Below, piece after piece: positions 1-11,871 of a stretch of 64,000 nucleotides of DNA; the first letter of the stretch is position 1, and each line of letters opens with the position of its first letter. The position numbers were made by a program, and so were the translations under genes. Under the pieces are notes generated by a model. That model was not told the origin of the DNA and ran no database searches. It worked only from the letters and a program-made list of their open reading frames with translations. The stretch spans positions 1,440,001-1,504,000 of the forward strand of contig OZ244065.1 of assembly GCA_965215505.1 (NCBI GenBank), given 5' to 3'. Source of the DNA: Capsulimonadaceae bacterium (lineage in GTDB: Bacteria; Armatimonadota; Armatimonadia; Armatimonadales; Capsulimonadaceae).

Positions 1-563
1 TTTTCGCGCTGGTCCGCGTGCCTGCCCTCGGCGAACTCCTCGATGATCTTCTCGTTGAAGGCGGGGATGTCGTCGGGCTTGCGGCTCGTCACCAGGCCGT
101 TGTCCGTCACGACCTCCTGATCCACCCAGTTCGCCCCCGCATTGCGGAGGTCAGTCTGGAGCGAGGGCCAGGAGGTCAGCGTGACGCCCTTCACGACGCC
201 CGCCTCGATCAGCGTCCACGGGCCGTGGCAGATGGCGGCGACCGGCTTGCCGGCCTCGAAGAACGCCTTGACGAACGCGACGGCCTCGGGGATGACCCGC
301 AGGTTGTCCGGGTTGGCGACGCCGCCCGGCAGCAGCAGGGCGTCGTAGTTCGCCGGGTCCGCCCCCGATAGCGGGAGGTCCACGGGCAGCTTGTCGCCGG
401 GCTTGTCGTGGTTGAATCCCTGCACCCTGCCCTCGACGGGCGAGATCAGGTGGGTGAGCGCGCCTGCCGCGTCCAGCGCCTTACGCGGCTCGGTCAGCTC
501 CACCTGCTCGAAGCCGTCGGCGACCAGGATCGCCACTTTCTTTCCGTCTAGCTGTGCCATCAT
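1..563 (-). CDS. PfpI/DJ-1 family (type 1 glutamine amidotransferase-like) protein, 3' end runs off the window
   Basis: Not in the ORF track; translated by hand from ATG 563/560: MMAQLDGKKVAILVADGFEQVELTEPRKAL...LLPGGVANPD...AICHGPW; RBS-like CAGGAAGG upstream. Confidence 0.9.
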   Translation of the reverse strand, partial: MMAQLDGKKVAILVADGFEQVELTEPRKALDAAGALTHLISPVEGRVQGFNHDKPGDKLPVDLPLSGADPANYDALLLPGGVANPDNLRVIPEAVAFVKAFFEAGKPVAAICHGPWTLIEAGVVKGVTLTSWPSLQTDLRNAGANWVDQEVVTDNGLVTSRKPDDIPAFNEKIIEEFAEGRHADQRE

Positions 564-778
564 TGGTTTCCCTTCCTGTTCACATGTTCCGGACTGCGTC
601 CGCTGACACCGTGTTACCCGATGGGCGATAAGGCGAAAACCGAACGGGCGCGAAAATCCCCCTGTTTATTAACCTAATGTCAATACGTTAAGGTAGGATT
701 TTCCGCATCACGAGGTGTATACTAAGACCGTTCATTTTGCCCAACGAGGCATCGCTTTGTGAAAGGACCTCTCAGACC

Positions 779-1591
779 ATGGTCGAAACCCCTGATTTCC
801 TCAAAGACGCGGTCAGTCGGCGCACGTTCCTGGCCCGCATGACGGCGGCCGGACTGGGCACCGCCGCTGCCGCCCTCATCGCCGGCTGCGGCGGCAGCAG
901 CAGCAACAGCGGCGGCACCATCAACACCGGCACCGGCACCACCTTCGGCGACTCGGCGAACTTCCCCGGCATCCCCGGCGGCAGTGAGGACGTGGTCGTC
1001 CTGAACTACGCCCTGACCCTGGAAACCCTGGAAGCGGACCTGTACCGCCAGGCCCTCAACATCGCCGCAGGCCTGCCCATCGGCACCGCCCTCCCCGCCG
1101 ACACTTCCGCCTACACGCAGGCGGTCGGCAACGGCGGCCTCGACCCCACCCTGGCGGCCGTCGGCTTCCTGTACCTGAAGCAGTACGCCGCTGTCGAAGC
1201 CGCCCACCGCGACTTCCTGCGCGCGGCCATCTCCGGCGCGGGCGCGACTCCAGTCCCGGCCAACCCCAAGGGCTACAGCATCGGCCTGGCGGCGGGGACG
1301 GACCTCAAGACCATCCTGACGCTGATCCGCACGGTGGAGGAGACCGGCGTTACCGCCTACCTCGGCGCGGCGGGCTTCCTGACCAACACGGCCTACGTCC
1401 AGATCGCGGCCAGCATCTACACCACCGAGGCGCGGCACTCGGCGGGCGTCAACTACGTCCTCGGCCTGCCCACCGGGCCGACCGGTAATGTCGGCGGCAA
1501 GCAGCCCGCGGCAGGTGCCGTAGACGAGTTCGAGTACGCCCAGTCGCCCTCGGCGGTCTTGGCCGGCGTCAAGCCCTTCTTCATCATGTAG
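779..1591 (+). CDS. Ferritin-like domain (Ferritin_2-type) Tat lipoprotein
   Basis: SRRTFL twin-arginine motif, lipobox LIAGC; LNYALTLETLEADLY, EAAH, EETGVTAY and EARH diiron-type motifs; ATG 779 preferred over TTG 737. Confidence 0.85.
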   Translation: MVETPDFLKDAVSRRTFLARMTAAGLGTAAAALIAGCGGSSSNSGGTINTGTGTTFGDSANFPGIPGGSEDVVVLNYALTLETLEADLYRQALNIAAGLPIGTALPADTSAYTQAVGNGGLDPTLAAVGFLYLKQYAAVEAAHRDFLRAAISGAGATPVPANPKGYSIGLAAGTDLKTILTLIRTVEETGVTAYLGAAGFLTNTAYVQIAASIYTTEARHSAGVNYVLGLPTGPTGNVGGKQPAAGAVDEFEYAQSPSAVLAGVKPFFIM

Positions 1592-1649
1592 GCTCTTCCA
1601 GGCTCTTCATCCTGTCGGCCACGCGCGCCACAGAAAGGTCTTTTCATTC

Positions 1650-2423
1650 ATGGCTACGCATCTCACACTGTTCTACTCCGTTGACCCGAAGCTCACCGGT
1701 GCTACTTCCGTCCCGATCCCCGGCACCACCCCGGACACCAAGGCCCTGAACTTCGCTCTGGCCCTGGAGACGCTCGAAGCCGAGCTGTACCGCCAGGCCC
1801 TCCTGCGCCTGACGACCGGCGGCACCGACATGTTCGGCAGTGCAATCGCCGGCCTGGGCCTCGCCTCCACCCAGCTCGACGTGCAGTACCTGACCACCTT
1901 CGGCAAGGTCGAGGCCGAACACCGCGACTTCCTCACCACGGCCCTGGGCGGCAACTGGGTGACGACCGCCAAGGCCCTGTTCGACTTCGGGTTCGCCACG
2001 ACGAACAACTTCGGCACCGCTCCGCTGTCCCGGCTTCAGACTATGCAGCTCATCTATGCCGCCGAGCAGACCGGCATCTCCGCCTATCTGGGCGGCATCA
2101 CGGCCGGCGGCCTGGTGGCGGGCAGCCAGTATCTGGGGATCGCGGCCAGCATCCTCGGCACCGAAGCGCGCCACACTACGGCGGTCGCCATCCTGCTGAA
2201 CAGCGGACTGTTCAACGAGACGCCGAAGCTCGCGACCGCGCCGCTGGTCACCCCAACCGTCAAGGACCTGGGCACGGCCAATGGGCCGGGCCTGGACACC
2301 GCCCTCCCCCCCGACGCCATCCTGTACGGCGGCGGCACGGTCGCGGCGGACACGACGGTCGCGGGTGACGGCAAGATCAACGGCGTCTCCGGTCCCAGGG
2401 GCTTCGTCTTCAGCAACCCGTAG
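1650..2423 (+). CDS. Ferritin-like domain protein, paralogue of the upstream gene, no signal peptide
   Basis: LNFALALETLEAELY, EAEHRDFL, EQTGISAY, EARH motifs. Confidence 0.85.
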   Translation: MATHLTLFYSVDPKLTGATSVPIPGTTPDTKALNFALALETLEAELYRQALLRLTTGGTDMFGSAIAGLGLASTQLDVQYLTTFGKVEAEHRDFLTTALGGNWVTTAKALFDFGFATTNNFGTAPLSRLQTMQLIYAAEQTGISAYLGGITAGGLVAGSQYLGIAASILGTEARHTTAVAILLNSGLFNETPKLATAPLVTPTVKDLGTANGPGLDTALPPDAILYGGGTVAADTTVAGDGKINGVSGPRGFVFSNP

Positions 2424-2465
2424 GCCGGCCCGCCGCCCGGTCGAACGAAGCCGGGCGGAAGAACC

Positions 2466-2501
2466 AAAAATGGCCCCGGAACGCACGAGCGTTCCGGGGC
2501 C
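2466..2501 (-). terminator. Intrinsic terminator, possibly bidirectional
   Basis: 13-bp stem GGCCCCGGAACGC/GCGTTCCGGGGCC, 4-nt loop, T-tract on the minus strand; lies between convergent genes. Confidence 0.65.
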
Positions 2502-2746
2502 TCTTCGTGTCCGGTTCCCCCAGGGTTGAAGGCTTTGTTGGGGTGGGGCCAGGGGGCAGTCTTTTTCCACCGTGCCCGCCCCGCCGTTCGTGTCCGCGTC
2601 GAGGCCGCCATTCGTGCCGTTCGTATCAGAGGGGCCGGCTAGGGCGTTGGCGGCAGGCACGCCCAGGGAAAGAAGCCCAGCGGCGAGGCCGCGCAGGGCT
2701 GCGCCGTGGCACAGGTGATGGTGCGGGCGGCAATTTTCCCGGCCCG

Positions 2747-3013
2747 TCACAGGGCGAGCCGCGCCCGCAGCATCTCGGTGATCGTCCGCCCGATGATGTC
2801 CCCTTGGGCCTGCCCCCGGAGCAGCGCCTGATGCACCTCCAGGATGAGGAGGGGCGTAATGCCCGTGTAGCCCAGGCCCCGCATCTCCACAGCGATGTCC
2901 CGGTAGACGCCGGCGGCATCCGGTTCCCTGGCTTCAAATTCCGCGGCTTCAACGCCTCGGGTTTGGGTGTCCCGCTGGGGGGACTGAGGGCAGGGCTGTT
3001 CGGGTCGTTGCAA
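2747..3013 (-). CDS. Hypothetical protein (88 aa)
   Basis: TTG start preceded by AGGAGG; protein-like composition. Confidence 0.55.
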   Translation of the reverse strand: MQRPEQPCPQSPQRDTQTRGVEAAEFEAREPDAAGVYRDIAVEMRGLGYTGITPLLILEVHQALLRGQAQGDIIGRTITEMLRARLAL

Positions 3014-3109
3014 GCGTGCGGTCCTCCTGGGGCGAAAGTCCCCCGAAGTCTAGCAAAGGAAGATGAAAACGCGATGAAGAGGAGGCTCACATTGACGACG
3101 GATGACAAC

Positions 3110-3145
3110 AAAACGGCCCCGCCCCGGTTCTCCGGGGCGGGGCCG
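3110..3145 (-). terminator. Intrinsic terminator of the GH5 gene
   Basis: 14-bp perfect stem CGGCCCCGCCCCGG/CCGGGGCGGGGCCG followed by a T-run on the minus strand, just past the stop. Confidence 0.75.
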
Positions 3146-3162
3146 CTGAGTGTCTCCGCTCG

Positions 3163-5355
<2,193 letters not shown>

Positions 5356-5433
5356 TCAATCGTAACGGATCACACTATGGTTTTACCCACATTCTCACGA
5401 TAGCGGGTATGCTCTTGGTGGAGGCGAGTAGCC

Positions 5434-6525
5434 ATGGATGAGATACAGACGGGTTTGCATGCTGTCGGCCAGACGCCGGACTATGAGGCGGTACTGAGCG
5501 AGGTGGCGACCCTGCTGGAAGCCGCACGACGGGCGGCGGCCCGGTCGGTCAACGCCGTGATGACGGCGACCTACTGGCAGATCGGGCGGCGGCTGGTCGA
5601 GGTGGAGCAGGAGGGGCAGGAGCGCGCAGGTTATGGGACGCAGCTCCTGAAGCGACTTTCCGTTGATCTGGCGGCCCGGTTCGGGCGCGGCTTTTCGGAA
5701 CGTAATCTGGAACAGATGCGGCTCTTTTATCGGGCTTGGCCAATTTCGCAGACAGTGTCTGCGAAATTCGGGGAGGATGTCCAGTTCCCGCTGCCATGGT
5801 CCCACTACGTCCAACTATTGTCGGTCCAGTCGGACAAGGCCCGCAGCTTTTACGAAACCGAGGCCCTGCGCGGTGGGTGGTCGGGACGTCAGCTGAGTCG
5901 CCAGATCGGCACCCAGTTTTATGAGCGGACCGCTCTTTCTCGGAACAAAGCCGCCATGCTGACGAAGGGCGGCGTCCCCAAGCCGGAGGACGCCGTGACG
6001 GCAGAAGGCGAGATCAAGGACCCATTCGTACTGGAATTCCTGGGCCTGCGGGATGAGTATTCCGAACACGACCTGGAAGAAGCTTTGATCCGCCACTTGG
6101 AGTCGTTCCTGCTCGAACTCGGCCCCGACTTCACATTCGTAGCCCGCCAGAAGCGGCTCCGCGTTGGCGACTCCTGGTTTCGGATGGATCTGCTGCTGTA
6201 TCACCGCCGCCTGCGCTGCCTCGTCATCATTGACCTCAAAATAGGGGAATTCAGCCCTGCGGATGCAGGACAAATGAATCTGTACGTCAACTATGCCGCC
6301 GAACACCTGACCCTGGATGGCGAGAACCGGCCCGTCGGGCTGATCCTCTGCTCCAAGCCGAACGCCGCCGTCGCCCACTATGCGCTTGAAGGTTTAGGGA
6401 ACAACATCCTGGCTGGGGAATACCGGCTGATCCTCCCCGATCCCGCGCGTCTCGAAGCTGAACTTGCCCGCACGCGCCGCCTTTTGGAAGGCCCGGTACT
6501 GGACGAACACGGCGGCGCTCCTTGA
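5434..6525 (+). CDS. YhcG/DUF1016 family PD-(D/E)XK nuclease-domain protein
   Basis: TYWQIGRRLVE, GRGFSERNL, LPWSHY, KDPFVLEFL, FVARQKR, DLLLYHRRLRCLVIIDLK, GQMNLY. Confidence 0.92.
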   Translation: MDEIQTGLHAVGQTPDYEAVLSEVATLLEAARRAAARSVNAVMTATYWQIGRRLVEVEQEGQERAGYGTQLLKRLSVDLAARFGRGFSERNLEQMRLFYRAWPISQTVSAKFGEDVQFPLPWSHYVQLLSVQSDKARSFYETEALRGGWSGRQLSRQIGTQFYERTALSRNKAAMLTKGGVPKPEDAVTAEGEIKDPFVLEFLGLRDEYSEHDLEEALIRHLESFLLELGPDFTFVARQKRLRVGDSWFRMDLLLYHRRLRCLVIIDLKIGEFSPADAGQMNLYVNYAAEHLTLDGENRPVGLILCSKPNAAVAHYALEGLGNNILAGEYRLILPDPARLEAELARTRRLLEGPVLDEHGGAP

Positions 6526-6551
6526 CTTCCACCCCCATTTTGTGCTATTCT
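6522..6551 (+). promoter_or_regulatory. Putative sigma70 promoter of der
   Basis: TTGACT-N18-TATTCT with extended TG; the -35 overlaps the YhcG stop codon. Confidence 0.5.
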
Positions 6552-6624
6552 AATGGCTGTTTTGACCGCCCGGAGACACGCATCTTCCCCGAGAGTGCCC
6601 CAGCGGCAGGAGGAAGAAAACGCC

Positions 6625-8121
6625 ATGACCGACGCCCCCGCGCCTCAACCGGAAGACCATTCCGAGAGCCAATCTGTTAATCAGTCCGGTAATCAACTCG
6701 AAGCCGAGTATGATCCCGAATACCAGCCCAAAGCACGCCCCGAGTACCAGCCCAAGCCCCTCGTCGCCATCGTCGGGCGGCCCAATGTCGGCAAGTCCAC
6801 GCTCTTCAACCGGCTCGTCGGCCGGCGCATCGCCATCGTGGAGGACACGCCCGGCATCACGCGCGACCGGCTGTACGCCGAGGGCGACTGGAACGGCCGC
6901 GAGTACAGCCTCGTGGACACCGGCGGCATCCAGATGTTTGACCCGGACCCCCTGAAGGCCCAGATCCGGGCGCAGGCCGAGATCGCCATGGAGGAGGCCG
7001 ACGTCATCGTCCTCGTCGTGGACACGACCGTCGGGCTGACCTCGGACGACATGGAACTCGCCAACGCCCTGCGCCGCTCGCCCAAGCCCCTCATCGTAAT
7101 CGCCAACAAGGTGGACAACGGCGACCAGGAGAACCGCAACGTCGCCGAGGTGTACGGGCTGGGCCTGCCGAACGTCTTCCCCGTCTCCGCCCTGGGTGGG
7201 CGCGGCGTCGCGGACGCTCTGGATGCCATCGTCGAGCGCTTCCCGCCTGCGCTGCCCAAGGCCGGCGAGGAGATCGAAGACGACCGGATCAAGATCGCCA
7301 TTATCGGGCGGCCCAACGTCGGCAAGTCGTCGCTCCTGAACTCGATTCTGGGCGAGGAGCGCGCCATCGTCTCCCCCATCGCCGGCACGACGCGCGACTC
7401 GATTGACACCGCCTTCACCTTCCACGCCGCCGGGGGCGACCGCGAAGTCGTCCTGATTGACACGGCTGGCATCCGGCGGGCGGGCAAGATCCAGGGCAGC
7501 GTCGAGTACTACACCGTCCTGCGCGCCATGCGGGCCATCGAGCGGGCCGACGTGGTCATGCTGGTCGTGGACGGACACGACGGCGTCACCGACGGTGACA
7601 AGCGCGTCGGCGGCTACGCCCACGAGGCGGGCCGGGCGGGCATCATCGTCGTCAACAAGTGGGACGTCGGCCGCAAGGACGTGCTGGAGGAGATGCCGGG
7701 CCAGAACCCGATGACCGTCTTCTCCGCCGAGCTGCGCGACGCCATGCACTTCATGGCCTACGCGCCGCTGGCCTTCACGAGTGCCCTCACCGGCAAGGGC
7801 GTCACGGCGGCCGTCGAGGCCGCCCTGGACGCCGCCGAGGCGCACTCCATGCGTATCCCGACGGGCGAGCTGAACCGCATCGTCCGGGACGCCGTGGACG
7901 CCCACCCCTACAACGATAAGGGCAAGTCGCTTAAGGTCAAGTACGCGACCATGCCGACCGTCAAGCCCCCGACCATCGTCCTGTTCGTCAACGACCCCGA
8001 GCTGATGCACTTTTCCTACCTGCGCTATTTGGAGAACCGCATCCGCGAATCCTATGCCTTCGAGGGGACGCCGCTGCGGCTTCAGGTCCGCAAGGCGGCG
8101 AAAGACAAGGAGAAAGAGTGA
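6625..8121 (+). CDS. der: Ribosome biogenesis GTPase Der (EngA)
   Basis: Two GRPNVGKS P-loops, DTGG/DTAG, NKVD/NKWD, C-terminal KH-like domain; AGGAGG before ATG 6625. Confidence 0.97.
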   Translation: MTDAPAPQPEDHSESQSVNQSGNQLEAEYDPEYQPKARPEYQPKPLVAIVGRPNVGKSTLFNRLVGRRIAIVEDTPGITRDRLYAEGDWNGREYSLVDTGGIQMFDPDPLKAQIRAQAEIAMEEADVIVLVVDTTVGLTSDDMELANALRRSPKPLIVIANKVDNGDQENRNVAEVYGLGLPNVFPVSALGGRGVADALDAIVERFPPALPKAGEEIEDDRIKIAIIGRPNVGKSSLLNSILGEERAIVSPIAGTTRDSIDTAFTFHAAGGDREVVLIDTAGIRRAGKIQGSVEYYTVLRAMRAIERADVVMLVVDGHDGVTDGDKRVGGYAHEAGRAGIIVVNKWDVGRKDVLEEMPGQNPMTVFSAELRDAMHFMAYAPLAFTSALTGKGVTAAVEAALDAAEAHSMRIPTGELNRIVRDAVDAHPYNDKGKSLKVKYATMPTVKPPTIVLFVNDPELMHFSYLRYLENRIRESYAFEGTPLRLQVRKAAKDKEKE

Positions 8122-8122
8122 T

Positions 8123-8572
8123 TTGACCGAGATCGCGCGGATGCGCTTCATGAGCAGCCAGAAACCGTCCGAGCGCGGGATGCTCCTCCTGAACGACGAC
8201 GGCACGCTCCAAATAAAGCCCACCGAGGAGCTGCGTGACGAGATGGCGCGGCTGGAAGAGGTCGCCCTGGACCGGGCGCGGACGTTCGGGACGCGGCTCG
8301 GCGTCAGCCTCCTTGTCCTCGGGACACTCGCCGTGGGGGTCGGCTGGGCCGTCGGGCGCGTCTTCGGCAAGATGGGCTACAACCTGAGCCTGCCGCGCCC
8401 CGTGGATGCCGTCTCGCTGACGCACGAGGAGGGCGGCGGCGTCCGCCTGACACTGCGCGGGGCGAACCGCTTGCAGGTCATCCAGATGGCCTGGAACCCT
8501 GACGAGGTGCTGCAAGGCGAGACGGAGAACTTCGTGGCGAAGTTCGACGCGCTGCGCCGGAAGCCGGAGTAG
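8123..8572 (+). CDS. Hypothetical single-pass membrane protein
   Basis: One hydrophobic helix (LGVSLLVLGTLAVGVGWAV); start TTG 8123 or ATG 8141; tightly packed after der. Confidence 0.65.
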   Translation: MTEIARMRFMSSQKPSERGMLLLNDDGTLQIKPTEELRDEMARLEEVALDRARTFGTRLGVSLLVLGTLAVGVGWAVGRVFGKMGYNLSLPRPVDAVSLTHEEGGGVRLTLRGANRLQVIQMAWNPDEVLQGETENFVAKFDALRRKPE

Positions 8573-8575
8573 CCC

Positions 8576-9880
8576 ATGCGGCGACTGTTTCATCGGGCTG
8601 CCTTTTCCGCCCTCTTGTTTGCCCTTCTGCTCCCCGCCCATGCCGACGGCCCCGGCTCCTTTTTCCTGCGCGACGGCGACACCGTGGTCTTCTACGGTGA
8701 CTCGATCACCGAGCAGCAGAACTACGGGCGCGACATCGAGACGTATGTACTCACGCGCTACCCAGACCTTCACATCAAGTTCATCAACTCCGGCTGGACG
8801 AGCGACCTGGTTTCCGGGGGCAAGGGCGGTTCGGTGGAGACGCGGGTCAAGCGCGACGTCCTGCCCTACCACCCCACCGTTGTCACGATCCTGCTGGGCA
8901 TGAACGACGGCGAATACACCCACTTCAAGCAGTCCAACTACGACGCCTACACGGACGGGCTGACGCTGCTGGTGGACCGGCTGACGCGGGAACTCCCCGG
9001 CGTCCGGCTGACGCTGCTGACGCCGACCTTCTACGACGAGGGGGCGCCCGGCTCGCGCCACATCCACGGCTACAACGACGTCCTGCTGAAGTTCCGGGAC
9101 TTCGTCAAGACCCTGGGCGGCAAGCGGGACATCCTCGCCGTGGACCTGAACGCGCCGCTGGCTGAGGCCACCCGGCGGGGTCGTGCGCTCGACCCGCGGT
9201 TCACCCTGATCGCGGACGGCGTCCACCCGAACGAAGCGGGGCAGGCAATCATGGCGGCGGCCATCCTGAAAGCCTGGCACGCGAAGGCCGCCCCGACCGA
9301 GGTCCTGCTGGACCCGGCCGCCCCGACTCCCGTGACCGATTCCCTCCCGTGGCCCCTGCCCGAGAAAGCCGCCCCGGCCTTCGCCGTCTCGCCGCTGCCC
9401 GGCATGTTCGACGCCTTCCGCGCGCGGGCCTCGGGCCTGACTTCCGACCAGTATGACCTGCTGGTGGACGGCCGGCCCGTTAAGACCGTGACCCGCCGGG
9501 AGCTTGCGGCGGGGCTGGACCTGACGCGGCTGCCGGGCCTCCCCCAGAGCAAGCAGGCGGCCCAGGTCCGGGACCTCGTCCAGTCCCGGCTGGACGCCTG
9601 GCGCTACCTGTGGAACACCGGCCCGAACGCCATCGCGCACAAGGGCGACGCGCCTTCCAGCACCGAGGTCGCCGCGCTGACCGCCATTGACCACTGGCTG
9701 GACGACCGGCGCGACCGCGCGCACGATGCCGCCCAGCCGCAGCCGCACACCTTCTCACTACGCCCGGCCGCGCCATCCCGCGTGGCGACGACGGCCCCTC
9801 CCGCCGCGAATTCGCCCGCTGCCAGGCGTCAGGCACTCACCATCAGCAAACACCAGGCCCCCAGGAGACTCCAACGATGA
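8576..9880 (+). CDS. Secreted SGNH/GDSL hydrolase
   Basis: Signal peptide; FYGDSITE, LGMND, ADGVHPN. Confidence 0.9.
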   Translation: MRRLFHRAAFSALLFALLLPAHADGPGSFFLRDGDTVVFYGDSITEQQNYGRDIETYVLTRYPDLHIKFINSGWTSDLVSGGKGGSVETRVKRDVLPYHPTVVTILLGMNDGEYTHFKQSNYDAYTDGLTLLVDRLTRELPGVRLTLLTPTFYDEGAPGSRHIHGYNDVLLKFRDFVKTLGGKRDILAVDLNAPLAEATRRGRALDPRFTLIADGVHPNEAGQAIMAAAILKAWHAKAAPTEVLLDPAAPTPVTDSLPWPLPEKAAPAFAVSPLPGMFDAFRARASGLTSDQYDLLVDGRPVKTVTRRELAAGLDLTRLPGLPQSKQAAQVRDLVQSRLDAWRYLWNTGPNAIAHKGDAPSSTEVAALTAIDHWLDDRRDRAHDAAQPQPHTFSLRPAAPSRVATTAPPAANSPAARRQALTISKHQAPRRLQR

Positions 9881-10920
9881 CACCCTTACGCTTCGGCATT
9901 GTCGGCTGCGGCATCATCTCGGGAACGCACGGCGACGCGCTCGCCAAACTCAAACAGGAAGGCCTGGCCGAGTTCGTGGCGACCACGGACGTAGACCCCG
10001 AGCGCGCCCAGGCGTTCGCCGCCCGCTACGGCGGCGAGTCAGTGAAATCCTTTGAGACGTTGCTGGCGCGGCCCGATATTGACGCCGTGACCCTCTGCAC
10101 GCCCTCGGGCCTGCACGGGCGCATGGCAGTCCAGGCCGCCCACGCGGGCAAGCACGTCCTGTCCGAGAAACCCCTGGATGTCTGGATCGGGGCCGTGGAC
10201 GAAGCCATCGCCGCCGCGAAGGAGGCCGGAGTCGTCTACGGCGGCGTCTTCCAGGAGCGCTTCTCGCCCGCCGCCCGCAAGGTGAAGCGGGCGATTGACG
10301 CGGGCGCGTTCGGGGAGATCGTGCTGGCCTGCGCCGAGACCAAATGGTATCGCGGCCAGGGCTACTACGACAGCGGGGACTGGCGGGGGACGTGGGATTT
10401 GGACGCCGGGGTCTTCTCGAATCAGGGCATCCACAGCCTGGACAAAGTCCAGTGGCTGGCCGGCCCCGTCGCCGAGGTACTTTCCGCCACCCTCACGCCC
10501 GGCTTCCACCGCGACATCGAGGGCGAGACGTTGGGCGTCGTCACCGTCCGCTTCGAGAGCGGGGCGCTGGGCACCCTGACCATGACGACCCTGGCCTATG
10601 ACGGCTTCCCGGAGCGCGTGGACGTGTCCGGGACGAAGGGCTGCGCCATGCTGGTCGGCGACCATCTGGCCCACTTCAAGACGTCGGAGCCTTACGAGGA
10701 CAGTGAGGCCGGCCCCGAGGTTTCCAACGGTCCCACCGGCAACACCGCCAGCGACCCCGCCGCCATCGGCGGCGACGGCCATCTGGGCAACGTCCGCGAC
10801 TTCGTCCTCGCCATCCGCGACGGCCGCGCGCCGATGGTTTCCGCCCAGAGCGCCCGCCCCGCCGTCAAGCTCCTGAACATGATCTATGAGAAGGCCGGAG
10901 TCGGGCCGTATGCGACCTAA
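9877..10920 (+). CDS. Gfo/Idh/MocA family oxidoreductase
   Basis: GIVGCGII, GKHVLSEKP, WRGTW..D.G...NQGIH..D; ATGA overlap with the upstream gene. Confidence 0.92.
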   Translation: MTPLRFGIVGCGIISGTHGDALAKLKQEGLAEFVATTDVDPERAQAFAARYGGESVKSFETLLARPDIDAVTLCTPSGLHGRMAVQAAHAGKHVLSEKPLDVWIGAVDEAIAAAKEAGVVYGGVFQERFSPAARKVKRAIDAGAFGEIVLACAETKWYRGQGYYDSGDWRGTWDLDAGVFSNQGIHSLDKVQWLAGPVAEVLSATLTPGFHRDIEGETLGVVTVRFESGALGTLTMTTLAYDGFPERVDVSGTKGCAMLVGDHLAHFKTSEPYEDSEAGPEVSNGPTGNTASDPAAIGGDGHLGNVRDFVLAIRDGRAPMVSAQSARPAVKLLNMIYEKAGVGPYAT

Positions 10921-10980
10921 CCCCGGCGCGAGCGCCGACCCTTCCCTGTTAAGGAAGGGGAAGGTCAGACAATCTTGAGG

Positions 10981-11508
10981 CTAGTAATGCATGTCGTGGT
11001 ATTTGCCCCCGCTGATTTCCACCCGCAGTTGTGAGAGGGTGAGCGGCTGGCGTGTCCCCGTGAGGATTCCCGACCAGACTCGCGTAGCCTGTCCGCCGGA
11101 AAGCTGGAAAAGTTCAGCCCGCTGTCCCGAGGCGTAGCCACCGAATTCGCAGTACACAAGGCAGTAGCCCTGAGAGATGCCCGCGAAGATCAGCCGCCGG
11201 AAGGGCCGGAGTTTGGGGCCGAGAACATCCGTGGTTTGGTAGGCTTGGCCAGGATCAACCATGCCGTTCAGGACGTCTTTACCGTCGGGGATGAGTTGCT
11301 TCCGCACAGGCTCGGGGATTTCCCGCACGGTCTTGACGATTGCGAAATCGTCATGGAGTAGGTGCTGTTTGTCCTGCTCGGACAGGGTATGCCGGGCTGG
11401 AATGGCGGCGGGTGTTGCTACCGGCTTCGGCTGTGGTTTGGCGTGAGCCACCTGAGCGGTCATTGTTGCTGAAGCGATTAGGACGAGAACTGTTTGCTGC
11501 CTCATCAT
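10981..11508 (-). CDS. Secreted hypothetical protein (paralogue A)
   Basis: Signal peptide ending AHA; aligns by eye with 11872..12432. Confidence 0.75.
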   Translation of the reverse strand: MMRQQTVLVLIASATMTAQVAHAKPQPKPVATPAAIPARHTLSEQDKQHLLHDDFAIVKTVREIPEPVRKQLIPDGKDVLNGMVDPGQAYQTTDVLGPKLRPFRRLIFAGISQGYCLVYCEFGGYASGQRAELFQLSGGQATRVWSGILTGTRQPLTLSQLRVEISGGKYHDMHY

Positions 11509-11762
11509 CGGCTCCCTCCTTCGTGGTGATACTGCCCAATTAGTCCCTGCCCGAGCGCCCCGGCTTCATTTCATCTCATCGCGGTGTATAGGCAGCATTT
11601 TGTGCCACAATGAAATCAAATCGCCCTGTTTCCAAATAGTTACCTCCTCGTAAAAACGGGGCACCCGCTTGTTCCCCGTGGGACAAGATCAGAATGGCGT
11701 GTGCGTGGGACATGAATTTCTCTAGGCAGCAGGGACACTCTATAACGCGGTTGTAGCGGAAA

Positions 11763-11834
11763 GAGGGCAGGGACAAGCCCCGCCCCTACGCCGATGGCTT
11801 CCCGAACGTAGGGGCGGGGCTTGTCCCCGCCCTC
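11763..11834. repeat. GTAG-type REP doublet (family A, REPIN-like)
   Basis: GAGGGCAGGGACAAGCCCCGCCCCTAC-spacer-GTAGGGGCGGGGCTTGTCCCCGCCCTC, two inverted REPs. Confidence 0.85.
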
Positions 11835-11871
11835 CTCATTTCCTCTTCCTCCGCTGCTCAGAGAGCCGTAC

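Noticed and set aside
1644-2750. 368-aa minus-strand ORF with a signal-like N-terminus and GTGA coupling
   Set aside because: It crosses a terminator and runs antisense to the ferritin-like gene; at most the first part is a gene remnant.
6550-8370. Long antisense ORFs (also 29743-31545, 43186-44676, 54724-56775)
   Set aside because: Typical high-GC shadow ORFs opposite well-supported genes.
10914-10967. ACCTAACCCC...CCCTTCCC...GGAAGGGG element as a third repeat family
   Set aside because: Only one copy in the window; may be just a terminator hairpin between convergent genes.
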